Position numbers and translations under genes: made by a program
DNA from: Squalus acanthias
Taxonomy: Eukaryota
Length of the DNA stretch: 64,000 nucleotides
Assembly: GCA_030390025.1 (NCBI GenBank)
Contig: JASTWF010000121.1
Location: 248,001 to 312,000, forward strand
Reading direction: 5' to 3'
Notes under the pieces: model-generated
Told to the model about the DNA's origin: nothing
The model's database searches: none
Seen by the model: the letters and a program-made list of their open reading frames with translations, nothing else
Shown here: one piece after another, positions 23,755 through 36,776 of the stretch
Layout: every line of letters begins with the position of its first letter
How positions within the stretch are numbered: position 1 is the stretch's first letter

Positions 23755-26342
23755 TACCAAGGGGCAGAAAACGTTAGTGGGAGTTCTATACAGACCCCCA
23801 AACAGTAATGCTGAGGTTGGGGATGGCATTAAACGGGAAATTAGAGACACGTGCAATAAGGGCACAGCAGTTATCATGGGTGACTTTAATCTACATATAG
23901 ATTGGGCTAATCAAATTAGTAACAATACTGTGGAGGAGGAATTCCTGGAGTGTATACGGGATGGTTTCCTGGACCAATATGTCGAGGAACCAACTAGAGA
24001 TCAGGCCATCTTAGACTGGGTATTATGTAATGAGAAAGGATTAATTAGCAATCTTGTTGTGCGAGGCCCCTTGGGGAGGAGCGATCATAATATGATAGAA
24101 TTCTTCATTAAGATGGAGAGTGAAGTAGTTGACTCAGAGACTGGGGTGTTGAATTTAAATAAAGGAAACTATGATGGTATGAGATACGAGTTAGCTAGGA
24201 TGGATTGGGGAGTGTTACTTAAAGGGTTGACGGTGGATAGGCAATGGCAAACATTTAAAGATCGCATGAATGAACTACAGTATTTGTTCATCCCTTTTTG
24301 GCATAAAAATAAAACAAATAAGGTGACTCAACCGTGGCTAACATGGGAAATTAGGGATAGCATAAGATGCAAGGAGAGGACATATAAATTGGCCAGAAAA
24401 AGCAGCAAACCTGAGGATTGGGAGCAGTTTAGGATTCAGCAAAGGAGGACAAAGGGATTAATTCAGAGGGGGAAAGTAAAATATGAGAGTAAGCTTTCAG
24501 GGAACATAAAAACTAACTGTGAAAGCTTCTATAGATATGTGAAGAGAAAAAGATTGGTGAAGTCAAGCGTAGGTCTCTTGCAGTCAGAATCAGGGGAATT
24601 TATAATGGGGAACAAAGAAATGGCTGACAAATTAAATATATACTTTGGTTCTGTCTTCACAAAGGAGGACACAAATAAACTCCCAGAGATGTCGGGTAAC
24701 ATAGGGTCTAATGAGAGGGAGGAATTGAATGAAATCAGTATTTGTAGGGAAATGGTGTTAGGGAAATTGACGGGATTGAAGGCCAATATATCCCCAAGGC
24801 CTGATAATCTACATCCTAGGGTACTTAAGGAAGTGGCCCTAGAAATAGTAAATGCATTGCTGGTCATCTTTCAAAATTCTATAGACTCTGGAACAGTTCC
24901 CATGGATTGGAGGGTCGCTAATGTTACCCCACTATTTAAAAAAGGTGGTAGAGAAAAAACGGGGAATTATAGACCGGTAAGCCTGACATCAGTAGTGGGC
25001 AAAATGCTAGAGTCCATTATAAAAGATGTAATAGCAGAGCACTTGGAAAACAGTGACAGGATCGGACAAAGTCAACATGGATTTACAAAAGGGAAATCAT
25101 GCGTGACTAATCTACTGGAATTTTTTTGAGGATGTAACTGGTAGAATAGATAAGGGAGAACCAGTGGATGTGGTGTATTTGGACTTTCAGAATGCTTTTG
25201 ATCAGATCCCGCATAAGAGATTAGCGTGCAAAGTTAAAGCACATGTGATTGGGGGTAAGGTACTGACTTGGATAGAGAACTGGTTGGCAGACAGGAAGCA
25301 AAGAGTTGGAATAAACGTTTTTTTTTCGAAGTGGCAGGCAGTGACTAGTGGGGTACCACAGGGATCCGTGCTAGGACCCCAGCTATTCACAATATATATT
25401 AATGATCTAGATGAGGGAACTAGATGTAATATCTCTAAGTTTACAGACGACACAAAGCTGGGTGGGCATGTGTGCTGTGAGGAGTATGCAGAGAAACTCC
25501 AGTATGATTTGGACAGGTTGGGTGATTGGGCAGATGCATGGCAGATGCAGTATAATGTGGATAAATGCGAGGTTATCCACTTTGGTGGCAAAAACAGGAA
25601 GACAGATTATTATCTGAATGGCAATAGATTGGGAAAAGGGGAAGTGCAACGAGATCTGGGAGTCCTTGTGCACCAGTCGCTGAAGGTTAAGAAGGCAAAT
25701 GGTACCGCCTTCATAGCGAGAGGATTCGAGTACAGGAGCAAGGATGTCTTGCTGCAGTTGTACAAGGCCTTGGTGAGACCACACCTTGAATATTGTGTGC
25801 AGTTTTGGTTGCCTTATCTGAGGAAGGATGTTCTTGCCATGGAGGGAATGCAGCGAAGATTTACCAGACTGATACCTGGGATGGCAGGCATGACGTAGGA
25901 AGAGAGATTGGGTCGATTAGGCTTATACTCGCTAGAGTTTAGAAGAATGAGAGGGGATCTCATTGAAACTTATAAAATTCTAGAAGGACTAGACAGACTA
26001 GATGCAGGACGGATGTTCCCGATGGCGCGGGAGTCTAGAACCAGAGGTCACAGTCTAAGGATAAGGGGTAAGCCATTTAGGACTGAGAGGAGGAGGAATT
26101 TCTTCACCCAGAGAGTGGTGAACCTGTGGAATTCTCTACCACAGAAGGCAGTTGAGGCCAATTCATTAAATATATTCAAGAAGGAGTTAGATATATTTCT
26201 TAAGGCTAAAGGGATCAAGGGATATGGGGAGAAAGCAGGGACAGGGTACTGAATTTGGATGATCAGCCATGATCTCATTAAATGACGGAGCAGGCTCGAG
26301 GGGCCGAATGGCCTACTCCTGCTCCTAACTTCTGCGCTTCTA
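23755..26342 (+). mobile_element. Young CR1-clade LINE (HER1-like), 5'-truncated, ORF2 endonuclease-RT with frameshift and stops
   Basis: ORFs 23777-25129, 25164-25898 and 25908-26252 (YRPPN, MGDFN, SDHN, GVPQGS, FTDD); TSD TGAAA; absent from copy 2. Confidence 0.95.
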
Positions 26343-27007
26343 TGAAAGGCGCTATATAAATGCAAGTCTGTCTGTCTTTCTTTCTTTCCCTTCAGTCCGC
26401 CCCAGTTCCCACCACTTCCCGTGACCGCCATGTGGAAGATGGCAGTAGGCTGGAGGTAGCAGTGGTGAAGACCCTGGGGCCGGGGAATGCAGGGAGAGAG
26501 CCTCCTCTTCCTCCAGTCTTGCCCCCACACCCTTCCCTGTGGAGACCTCAGTCTGCTGAGACCTAAACGGCTGTAGCCCTGTTGATCTTTGGGGAACTTC
26601 TGCCCCTTTAAATGCCTGGCCGCCTCGTCTAGTACCGCAGACACGTCCCAATTCCAGTTCTCACATCGCTTTGAATTCTGAGGAAGACTTTCCCACTATT
26701 ATCAGTACAGTAAAGATAATTCCAGTCTGAGAGAAGTAAGCTTGTATTAGAAGCTGTTGTTCAGTGTGAGATCAACATTGCTTTTCCTGTTATATCAGTT
26801 CACCTGTACTGCTGACATCAGCACACCTGCCCCTCAGCAAGTTTATTGTTTGATCTGAATCAGTAACAACCTAACCCACTGGCTCAGTCTCACAATCTGT
26901 TCTCTCTGTTTAACCTGATCTGTACTGCCTGGACTGTCCCTTTAAACACCAGGACACTTTGTAACTTTCAGACCGGTTTTTAAATTATTGATATTTTTCC
27001 CTTAAAG

Positions 27008-27355
27008 GTGCAAAAGCTCCAGTCCTTCTCCAGTCTCCGAGCCTGGAACGTGTCACAGAGGGTCACTCGGCGCGGTTACAGTGCACCATGCGGAACGCCA
27101 GTGTGAGCCACACCAATGTCAACTGGTACCGCCGGCAACAACCAGGGCAAGATATGGAGCGGGTTTTAACACATGAGGCAAGTGGCAGCACACGACGGAG
27201 CCCAGGTTCCACTGACCGTCTCCAGCCTTCCAGAGACACCTCCAATAACAGCTTCATTCTGACAATCACAAAGGTGCAGCCCAGTGACACTGCCGTCTAT
27301 TACTGCTCAGTTTGGCGAAGGATCTACGGGAGCGGGACCCTGCTCAGTGTCACCA
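27008..27355 (+). CDS. Germline-joined Ig/TCR-like VJ exon 1 (V-set domain)
   Basis: Acceptor tttttcccttaaag|, donor |GTGAGT, phase 1-1. Translation (G)AKAPVLLQSPSLERVTEGHSARLQCTMRNASVSHTNVNWYRRQQPGQDMERVLTHEASGSTRRSPGSTDRLQPSRDTSNNSFILTITKVQPSDTAVYYCSVWRRIYGSGTLLSVT has both canonical Cys, the WY, the DTAVYYC and a J-type YGSGT motif. No RSS is present. Confidence 0.93.
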
Positions 27356-27857
27356 GTGAGTACAGTTTACATTACAATAGCCTGAAAGTAATAACCCCTC
27401 ACACATGAATTAATTGGAGACCAGTATCTGATAAAGCGGCAGGATGTGAAGTAAAGTGGTCTGGGCGATGGATTAGCTGGGGGAAGAAGCTGAGCTCAGG
27501 TCGAGTAATTCCCCAAAGTTCGACATCTCTGGGCTTAGCCTGAGGGGGTGTCTGGGGAGGTTCGAGGCGTGTAGGGGTTTGCTGAGCTGAAGAGGAAGTG
27601 TTGTCTTCGCCGAGTCCTAATGTTGGACAGGCATTTGGAGAGAATGGAACAGCCTTGGAATCAATGGAGGAGGTGGAGAGGCAGAGCCGAGTGTTGCTGT
27701 CGATGTCAATGTTGACCCTGCTTCTGGATGATGTTACTGAGGGTGAAATGATGAAGAGGAGGAACCCAAGGATGGTGCCCTGGGGCACAGCAGAGATGGT
27801 CATTCAGACATCGGAGGAGACACCACTGGTGGTGATATAAAGCTAATGGTGTGACCA

Positions 27858-28856
27858 GCAACAACAACAACTTGTATTTATATAGCGCCTTTAATGTAGT
27901 AAAATGTCCCAAGGGGCCTCATGGGAGCGATATTAAACACAATTTGACACCGAGCCACATAAGGAGATATTAGGACAGATGATGAGGTAGATTTTAAGGA
28001 ATGTTTTAAAGGAGGAAAGAGAGGTAGAGAGGCGGAGAGGTTTAGGGAGGGAGTTACAGAGCTTAGTGTCTGGGCAGCTGAAGGCACGGCTGCCAATGAT
28101 TGAACGATTCAAATTGGGGAAGATCAAGAGACCAGAATTGGAGGAGCGCAGATATCTTGGGGGGGTGGGGGAGTTGTGGGGCTGGAGGAGATTACAGAGA
28201 TAGGGAGGGGCGAGGACATGGAGGGATTTGAAAACAAGGATGAGAATTTTAAAGTCGAGGCGTTGCTTCACCGGGATTCAATGCAGGTCAGCGAGCACAG
28301 GGGTGATGGGTGAACGGGACTTGGTGCGAGTTAGGACACGGGCAGCAGAGTTTTTGATGACCTCAAGTTTACAGAGGGTAGAACGTGGGAGGCTGGGCAG
28401 GAGTGCGTTGGAATAGTCAAGTCTCGAGGTAACAAAGGCATGAATGAGGGTTTCAACAGCAGATGAGCTGAGGCAGGGGCGGAGTCGGGCGATGTTATGG
28501 AAGTGGAAATGGGCGGTCTTAGTGATGTCACAGATATGTGGTCGGAAGCTCATCACGGGGCCAAATATGACACCAAGGTTGCGAACAGTCTGGTTCAGCC
28601 TCAGACAGTTGCCAGGGAGACGGATGGAGTCGGTGACTCGGGAACGGAGATTGTGGCCGGGACCGAAGACAACGGCTTCAGTCTTCCCAATATTTAGTTG
28701 GTGGAATTTTCTCTCATCCAGAACTGGATGTTGGACAAGCAGTCTGAGAGTTTAGATACAGTGGAGGGGTTGAGAGAGGTGGTGGTGAGGTAGAGCTGGG
28801 TGTCGTCAGCTTATATGTGGAAACTGACGCTGTGTTTTCAGATGATGTCGCCAATG
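27858..28856 (-). mobile_element. L2-clade LINE 3' fragment (duplicate at about 47257-48256)
   Basis: Minus-strand TLIHAFVTSRLDYSNALL and PVLADLH; (CAA)n tail at the left end. Confidence 0.85.
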
Positions 28857-30095
28857 GAGCAGGAGTGGAACCATGAGAGACCAGTGCCACGGAGGTGGAC
28901 TATTGAACAGAGACTTTTAAAAACATAAGAACATAAGAAATAGGAGCTGGAGTCGGCCAATTGACTCCTCGATCCTGCTCCGCCATTCAATAAGATCATA
29001 GCTGATCTGGTCTTGGCCTCAACTCCACTTTCCTGCCCGCTCCACATAACCCTTGACTCCCTTTTCGTTCAAAAATCTGTCTATCTCCACCTGAAATATA
29101 TTCAACGACCCAGCCTGCACAGCTCTCTGGGAAAGAGAATTCCAAAGATTCACAACCCACTGAGAGAAGAAATTCCTCCTCAAATCCGTTTTAAATGGGC
29201 GACCACTTATTCTGAAACTATGCCCCCTAGTTCTAGACTCCCCCTCGAGGGGAAACATCCTCTCAGCATCTACCCTGTCAAGCCCCCTCAGAATCTTATA
29301 TGTTTCAATAAGATCACCTCTCATTCTTCTGAACTGCAATGAGTAGAGGCCCAACCTGCTCAACCTTTCGTCATACGTCAACCCCTTCATCCCAGGAATC
29401 AACCTAGTGAACCTTCTCTGAACTGCCTCCAATGCAAGTATATCCCTCCTTAAATAAGGAGACCAAAACTGTACGCAGTACTCCAGGTGTGGTCTCACCA
29501 ACGCCCCGTACAGTTGTAGCAAGACTTCCCTACTTTTATACTCCATCCCCCTTGCAATAAAGGCCAACATTCCATTTGCCTTCCTAATTACTTGCTGTAC
29601 CTGCATGCTAACTTTTTGTGTTTCATGTACAAGGACCCCCAGGTCCCTTTGTACCGCAGCATTTTGTAATCTCTCTCCATTTAAATAATAATTTGCATTT
29701 TTATTTTTCCTACCAAAGTGGATAACCTCACATTTCCCACATTATACTCCATCTGCCAGATTTGTGCCCGCTCATTTAACCTATCTATATCCCTTTGGAT
29801 ATTCTTTGTGTCCTCTTCATAACTTGCTTTCCCACCTACCTTTGTATCATCAGCAAATTTGGCTTCATTGCACTCGGTCCCTTCATCCAAGTCATTAATA
29901 TAGATTGTAAACAGCTGAGGCCCCAGCACTGATCCCTGTAGCACCCACTAGTTACAGTTTGCCAACCTGAAGATGACCCATTTATCCCGACTCTCTGTTT
30001 CCTGTTATGATGCGGAGATGCCGGCATTGGACTGGGGTGGACAAAAATGAGAAGTCACACAACACCGGGTTATAGTCCAACAGATTTATTTAAAA

Positions 30096-30133
30096 TTACA
30101 AGCTTTCAGAGCTGTCGCCCCTTCCTCAGGTAA
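30096..30133 (-). ncRNA. Minimal type I hammerhead ribozyme motif (core intact)
   Basis: Minus strand reads UUAC-CUGAGGA-A-GGGGC GACA GCUCU-GAAA-GCUU-GUAA: stem I UUAC/GUAA, stem II hairpin, palindromic stem III (AGCU), the form typical of Penelope pLTRs. Confidence 0.75.
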
Positions 30134-30358
30134 AGTTACAATGAGTGAAACTACAATATTTCACAGTATATAAACACAGAAACTGCAGAGATACAATCTT
30201 TCAGGGAAGGTGTCCTTACATCAAAGACACACCAAGAGCAAAGCCAAGACAATGAGATGTGTCACAGGGGGTCCAACGTGTCAAATCCTGCTGTGTGCAG
30301 TGTTCTTTTTGTGTTTTTTTTTTCAAAACTGGAAAGACAGACAACGATGTCAAGTCAC

Positions 30359-33032
30359 ATTCTGTAGCGTGACATGAACCCGATATCCCTATTGAGGCCG
30401 TCCTCATGGGTGCGGAACTTGGCTATCAGTTTCTGCTAGATGATTTTACGTTGTCGTGTGTCTCGAAGGCCGCCTTGGAGAACGCTAACCCGCAGATCCG
30501 AGGCTGAATGTCCTTGACTGCTGAAGTGTTCCCCGACTGGGAGGTGACAATCCTGCCTGGTGATTGTTGCGCAGTGTCCGTTCATACGTTGTCTCAGTGT
30601 TTGCATGGTCTCGCCGATGTACCATGCTCTGGGGCATCCTTTACTGCAACGTATCAGGTAGACAACGTTGGCCGAGTCACATGAGTATGTACCATGTACC
30701 TGGTGGGTAGTGTCCTCACGTGTGATGACGGTATCTGTGTTCATGATCTGGCATGTCTTGCAGAGGTTGCCGTGGCAAGGTTGTGTGATGTCGTGGTCGC
30801 TGTTCTCCTGACAGCTGGGTAATTTGCTGCGAACGGTGGTACTTTTGAGGTTAGGCGGCTGCTTGAAGGCGAGTAGTGGAGGCGTGGGGATGGCCTTAGC
30901 AAGGTGTTCGTCGTCATCGATGACATGTTGAAGGCTGCGAAGAACATGGCGTAGTTTCTCCGCTCAGGGAAGTAATGGACGACGTAGGGTACTCTGTTGG
31001 TTGTGTCCCATGTTCGCCTTCTGAGGTGGTCTATGCGGTTTTTCGCTGTGGCCCGTCGGAACTGTTGATCGACGAGCCGAGCGTCATATCCCGTTCTTAC
31101 GAGGGCGTCTTTCAGTGTCCGTAGGTGTCCATCGCGTTCCTGCTCGTCTGAGCAGATCCTGTGTATTCGCAGTGCTTGTCCATAGGGGATGGCTTCTTTA
31201 ACGTGGTTAGGGTGGAAGCTGGAGAAGTGGAGCATCGTGAGGTTGTCCGTGGGCTTGCGGTAGAGTGAAGTGCTAAGGCGTCCGTCTTTGATGGAGATTC
31301 GTGTGTCCAGGAATGAAACCGATTCTGAGGAGTAGTCCATGGTGAGTTTAATGGTGGAATGGAACCTGTTGATGTTATCGTGAAGTCCTTTCAGTGATCC
31401 TTCGCCGTGGGTCCAAAGGAAGAAGATGTCGTCGATGTATCTGGTGTACAGCATTGGTTGGAGGTCCTGTGCAGCGAAGAAGTCTTGCTCGAACTTGTGC
31501 ATGAAGATGTTGACGTACTGGGGTGCGAATTTGGTCCCCATGGCTGTTCCGTGTGTTTGGGTAAAAAACTGGTTGTCGAAGGTGAAGACATTGTGGTCAA
31601 GGATGAAGTGAATGAGTTGTAGGATGGCGTCTGGAGATTGGCTGTTGTTGGTGTTGAGTACTGAGGCTGTCGCAGCGATGCCGTCATCGAGGGGGATATT
31701 GGTGTAGAGTGCCGATACGTCCATCGTGGCGAGGAGTGTTCCTGGTTCAACTGGTCCATGGGTGCTGAGTTTCTGCAAGAAGTCTGTAGTGTCGCGACAG
31801 AAGCTGGGGGTTCCCTGTACGATGGGTTTCAGGATGCCCTCGACGTACCCAGAGAGGTTCTCACACAGGGTTCCGTTGCCTGATACGATAGGACGTCCGG
31901 GTGTGTTGGCTTTGTGTATCTTTGGGAGGCAGTAAAAGTCTCCTACGCGGGGAGTACGTGGGATGAGAGCGCGTAGGATGTTTTGAAGGTCTGGATCGAA
32001 GGTCTTGATCAGTCTATTGAGTTGGCGGGTGTGTTCTTTGGTCGGATCTGCGGGTAGCTGTCTGTAGTGTTCCTGGTTGTCCAGTTGTCGGTATGCTTCT
32101 TTGCAATAGTCCATTCTGTTCTGTATAACGATGGCTCCTCCTTTGTCCGCTGGTTTGATGACGATGTTGCGGTTGGTCTTGAGAGCGTGGATGGCGTTGC
32201 GTTGTGCTCGGGTGACATTCTGGACTGTCTTGTGAGTGCGGCTGATGAATCTGGCGTTGATGCATTTCCTGACAGCTTGAGCATATTTGTCAAGCTTAGG
32301 GCAGCGACCCTCCGGAGGGGTCCAATTTGACTCTTTCTTCTTCGGTTGCTGCACTGCGGTTCCCTCTGTCTGCTGTTCCGGATTATTGATTGTCTCATTG
32401 GGTTTGTTGCTGACTTCTTGGGATTTGTGGTAGTATTCCCGGATCCTCATTCTCCTGATGAATTCCTCTGTTTCTGCCGCGAGACCGATAGGGTCCATTT
32501 TGGTGGTGGGGTAGAACTTGAGCCCTAGGGCGAGAACTTCGATTTCGTCTGGTTGAAGGGTGTGGTCGGACAAGTTGACGACGGACTTCCCTGTGGTTGC
32601 AACCATGGTACCGGGGGTGGCTTGGTTGCTGCTGGTGGTGATGCCGAGTTTCTCAAGCTTCCTGTTCTTGATGCGCATGTAGGCAGCGTAGTTCCGTTGC
32701 CTCGTCTGTTTGGCGGTGTCTCGTAGCTGGTCTGCTGTGTCCTGAGCACAGGCTGAGAGCATGGACTCTATCTTGGTTTCGAGGTTGCGGCGTCTGCTGT
32801 AGAGCTGGTCTACGAGATGGTTGAGGAGTGTGCGAGAGGTACGACGGCAAAGTCTCTCAGCGAAGTCTGTGTTGTATGTCAACTTGAGTGGGTTCGTGAT
32901 CTGTAGTCCTTTCTGAATCTTGTCTGCTTTCTTGCATCTCTGTAGATACTTGATGTCTGTGTCAATATGCGCGATCTTCTTGGAGATTCTCTCCACTTTG
33001 AGCCGGCAGTTTGCGGTGTCAATAGTGGTCAT
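30359..33032 (-). pseudogene. Penelope RT + GIY-YIG endonuclease ORF (frameshift near 30965, premature TAG at 30436-30438)
   Basis: Motifs KPADKGG, YCLPKIHK..PGRPIVS, MDVSALYTNIP, GTAMG, RYIDDIF and NVVYLIRC..WYIGET. The inverted copy shows the un-shifted frame. Confidence 0.9.
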
Positions 33033-33119
33033 GATGCGGAGATGCCAGCATTGTACTGGGGTGGACAAAAATGAGAAGTCGCACAACACCAGGTTATAGT
33101 CCAACAGATTTATTTAAAA

Positions 33120-33157
33120 TTACAAGCTTTTGGAGCTGTCGCCCCTTCCTCAGGTAA
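33120..33157 (-). ncRNA. Hammerhead ribozyme motif, core mutated (GAAA to AAAA)
   Basis: Same motif as 30096-30133, with ...GCUCC-AAAA-GCUU. Confidence 0.65.
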
Positions 33158-34700
33158 AGTTACAATGAGTGAATCTACAATATTTCACAGTATATAAACA
33201 CAGAAACTGCAGAGATACAATCTTTCAGGGAAGGTGTCCTTACATCAAAGACACACCAAGAGCACAGCCAAGACAATGAGATGTGGCACAGGGGGTCCGA
33301 CGTGTCAAATCCTGCTGTCTGCAGTGTTTCTTTTTTTGTTTTTTTTGTGGGTTTTTTTTGTGTTTGTTTTTTTTGTGTTTTTTTTAAAAACTGGAAAGAC
33401 AGACAACGATGTCGAATCACGTTCTGTAGCGTGACATGAACCCGAGATCCCTATTGAGGCCATCCTCATGGGTGCGGAACTTGGCTATCAGTTTCTGCTC
33501 GATGATTTTGCATTGTCGTGTGTCTCGAAGGCCACCTTGGAGAACGCTAACCCGCAGATCCGAGGCTGAATGTCCTTGGCTGCTGAAGTGTCCCCTGACT
33601 GGGAGGTGACAATCCTGCCTGGTGATTGTTGCGCGGTGTCCGTTCATACGTTGTCTCAGTGTCTGCATGGTCTCGCCGATGTACCATGCTCTGGGGCATC
33701 CATTCCTGCAACGTATCAGGTAGACAATGTTGGCCATTGACTGTTCCGACGGGCCACAGCGAAAAACCGCATAGACCTCCTCAGAAGGCGAACATGGGAC
33801 ACAATAAACAGAGTACCCTACGTCGTCCAGTACTTCCCCGGAGCGGACAAACTACGCCATGTTCTTCGCAGCCTTCAACATGTCATCGATGACGACGAAC
33901 ACCTTGCTAAGGCCATCCCCACGCCTCCACTACTCGCCTTCAAGCAGCCGCCTAACCTCAAAAGTACCATCGTTCGTAGCAAATTACCCAGCTGTCAGGA
34001 GAACAGCAACCACGACACCACACAACCCTGCCACGGCAACCTCCGCAAGACATGCCAGATCATGAACACAGATACTGTCATCACACGTGAGGACACTATC
34101 CACCAGGTACATGGTACATACTCATGTGACTCGGCCAACGTTGTCTACCTGATACGTTGCAGGAAAGGATGCCCCAGAGCATGGTACATCGGCGAGACCA
34201 TGCAGACACTGAGACAACGTATGAACGGACACCGCGCAACAATCACCAGGCAGGATTGTCACCTCCCAGTCGGGGAACACTTCAGCAGTCAAGGACATTC
34301 AGCCTCGGATCTGCGGGTTAGCGTTCTCCAAGGCGGCCTTCGAGACACACGACAACGCAAAATCATCTAGCAGAAACTGATAGCCAAGTTCCGCACCCAT
34401 GAGGATGGCCTCAATAGGGATATCGGGTTCATGTCACGCTACAGAACGTGACTCGACATCGTTGTCTGTCTTTCCAGTTTTAAAAAAAAAACACAAAAAA
34501 AACAAACACAAAAAAAAGCCACAAAAAAAAACACTGCAGACAGCAGGATTTGACACGTTGGACCCCCTGTGACACATCTCATTGTCTTGGCTGTGCTCTT
34601 GGTGTGTCTTTGATGTAAGGACACCTTCCCTGAAAGATTGTATCTCTGCAGTTTCTGTGTTTATATACTGTGAAATATTGTAGATTCACTCATTGTAACT

Positions 34701-34738
34701 TTACCTGAGGAAGGGGCGACAGCTCCAAAAGCTTGTAA
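34701..34738 (+). ncRNA. Hammerhead ribozyme motif, core mutated (GAAA to AAAA)
   Basis: ttac-ctgagga-a-ggggc-gaca-gctcc-aaaa-gctt-gtaa in the inverted pLTR. Confidence 0.65.
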
Positions 34739-35266
34739 TTTTAAATAAATCTGTTGGACTATAACCTGATGTTGTGCGACTTCTTATTTTTGTTTAATGT
34801 TAGTTAGTCAATCCTCTATCCATGCCAATATATTGCCCCAAACCCCATGAGCTCTTATCTTGTGCAGTAACCTTTTATGTGGCACCTTATCGAATGCCTT
34901 CTGGAAATCCAAATACACAACATCTACTGGTTCCCCTTTATCCACCCTGCTCGTTACTTACTCAAAGAACTCTAGCAAATTTGTCAAACATGATTTCCCT
35001 TTCATAAAACCATGCTGACTCTGCTTGACTGTATCATGATTTTCTAAATGTCTTCTACTACTTCCTTAATAATGGACTCCAGCATTTTCCCAATGACAGA
35101 TGTTAGGCTAACTGGTCTATAGTTTCCAGCTTTCTGTCTCTCTCCTTTCTTGAATAGGGGTGTTAGATTTGTGGTAAGTCTGGAAAGTGTGCTCAATGGT
35201 GTCTGAAGGAGCGAAGAGATCAAAGAGTATGTGAGGGACAGACAGTCGCCATCACAATCACACAGA

Positions 35267-36776
35267 TTCCAACATTCGATAGAATCTGGAACAGTACCCA
35301 TGGATTGGAGGGTAGCTAATGTTACCCCACTATTCAAAAAGGGTGGTAGAGAGAAAATGGGGAATTACAGACCGGTAAGCCTGACATCGGTAATGGGGAA
35401 AATGCTTGAGTCCATTATAAAAGATGTAATAACTGAGCACTTGGAAAACAGTGACAGGATCAGACAAAGTCCACATGGATTTACAAAAGGTAAATCATGC
35501 TTGACTAATCTACTGGAATTTTTTGAGGATGTAACTGGTAAAATAGATAAGGGAGAACCAGTGGATGTGGTGTATTTGGACTTCCAAAAGGCTTTTGATA
35601 AGGTCCCGCAAAAGAGATTAGTGTGTAAAGTTAAGGCACATGGGATTGGGGGCAAGGTATTGACTTCTATAGAGAACTGGTTGGCAGACAGGAAGCAAAG
35701 AGTTGGAATAAACGGGTCTTTTTCCGAGTGGCAGGCAGTGACTAGTGGGGTACCGCAGGGATCGGTCCTTGGACCCCAGCTATTCACAATATATATTAAT
35801 GATCTAGACAAGGGAACTAGATGTAATATCTCCAAGTTTGCAGATGACACAAAGCTGGGTGGGCGTGTGCACTGCGAAGAGGATACCGAGAAACTCCAGG
35901 ATGATTTGGACAGGTTGGGTGATTGGGCAGAAGCGTGGCAGATGCAATATAACATGGATAAATGCGAGGTTATCCACTTTGGTGTCAAAAACAGAAAGGC
36001 AGATTATTATCTGAATGGCAATAGATTGGGAGAAGGGGAAGTGCAATGAGACCTGGGTGTCCTTGTGCACCAGTCGCTGAAGGTAAGCATGCAGGTGCAG
36101 CAGGCGGTTAAGAAGGCAAATGGTATGTTGGCCTTCATAGCGAGAGGGTTTGAGTACAGGAACAAGGATGTCTTGCTGCAGTTGTACAGGGCCTTGGTGA
36201 GACCACACCTTGATTACTGTGTGCAGTATTGGTTGCCTTATCTGAGGAAGAATGTTTTTGCCATGGAAGGAGTTCAGCGAAGATTCACAAGGCTGATACC
36301 TGGGATGGCAGGAATGACGTATGAAGAGAGATTGGGTCGATTGGGCTTATACTCCCTGGAGTTTAGAAGAATGAGAGGGGATCTCATTGAAACTTATAAA
36401 ATTCTGACAGGACAGGACAAACTAGATGCAGGAAGGATGTTCCTGATGGTTGGGGAGTCCAGAACCAGAGGTCACAGTCTAAGGATAAGGGGTAAGCCAT
36501 TTAGGACTGAGATGAGGAGGAATTTCTTCACCCAGAGAGTGGTGAACCTGTGGAATTCTCTGCCACAGAATGCAGTTGAGGCCAATTCATTAAATAGATT
36601 CAAGAAGGAGTTGGATATATTTCTTAAGGCTAAAGGGATCAAGGGATATGGGGAGAAAGCAGGGACAGGGTACTGAATTTGGATGATCAGCCATGATCGC
36701 ATTGAATGGCGGAACAGGCTAGAGGGGCCAAATGGCCTACTCCTGCTCCTATCTTCTATGATTCTATGATTCTATG
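35267..36776 (+). mobile_element. Young CR1-clade LINE, 5'-truncated
   Basis: ORFs 35231-36049 and 36065-36676 ([17 protein letters not shown]); (ATTCTATG)n tail; same family as 23755-26342. Confidence 0.93.

Larger units (their letters stand above)
30008..34797 (-). mobile_element. Penelope-like retroelement with tandem and inverted pseudo-LTRs
   Basis: RT plus GIY-YIG coding region; pLTR copies at about 30008-30680 and 33032-33735 (minus) and an inverted copy at 33736-34793 (plus); TSD TGTTA at 30003-30007 and 34798-34802; absent from copy 2. Confidence 0.95.
14081..34956 (+). repeat. Segmental duplication, copy 1 (contains VJ exon 1)
   Basis: Colinear with 38755-49849 from tgatctagttcagtttgccg to ccctgctcgtta at a few percent divergence (by eye), apart from copy-specific insertions. 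Confidence 0.92.
28921..35165 (-). mobile_element. CR1-clade LINE split by the Penelope insertion (28921-30007 and 34798-35165); paralogue at 48321-49849
   Basis: ORFs 29019-29606 and 29681-29944 ([20 protein letters not shown]); sequence resumes after the TSD at 34798. Confidence 0.9.

Noticed and set aside
23777-26252. RT/endonuclease ORFs as host genes (also the other CR1, L2 and RTE ORFs and their antisense ORFs)
   Set aside because: They are 5'-truncated, frameshifted multi-copy LINE fragments with TSDs and tails.
27088-27408. ORF-track start (MRNASV...) and tail (SEYSLHYN...) as the real protein ends (also 46489-46806)
   Set aside because: The Met is internal, after the first Cys, and the tail is intron read-through past the GTGAGT donor.
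26960-27420. Recombination signal sequences around the V exons (also 46360-46820)
   Set aside because: There is no CACAGTG heptamer with a 12/23-spaced nonamer after YYC. GGTTTTTAA near 26975 lacks a heptamer partner, and the J motif is already joined.
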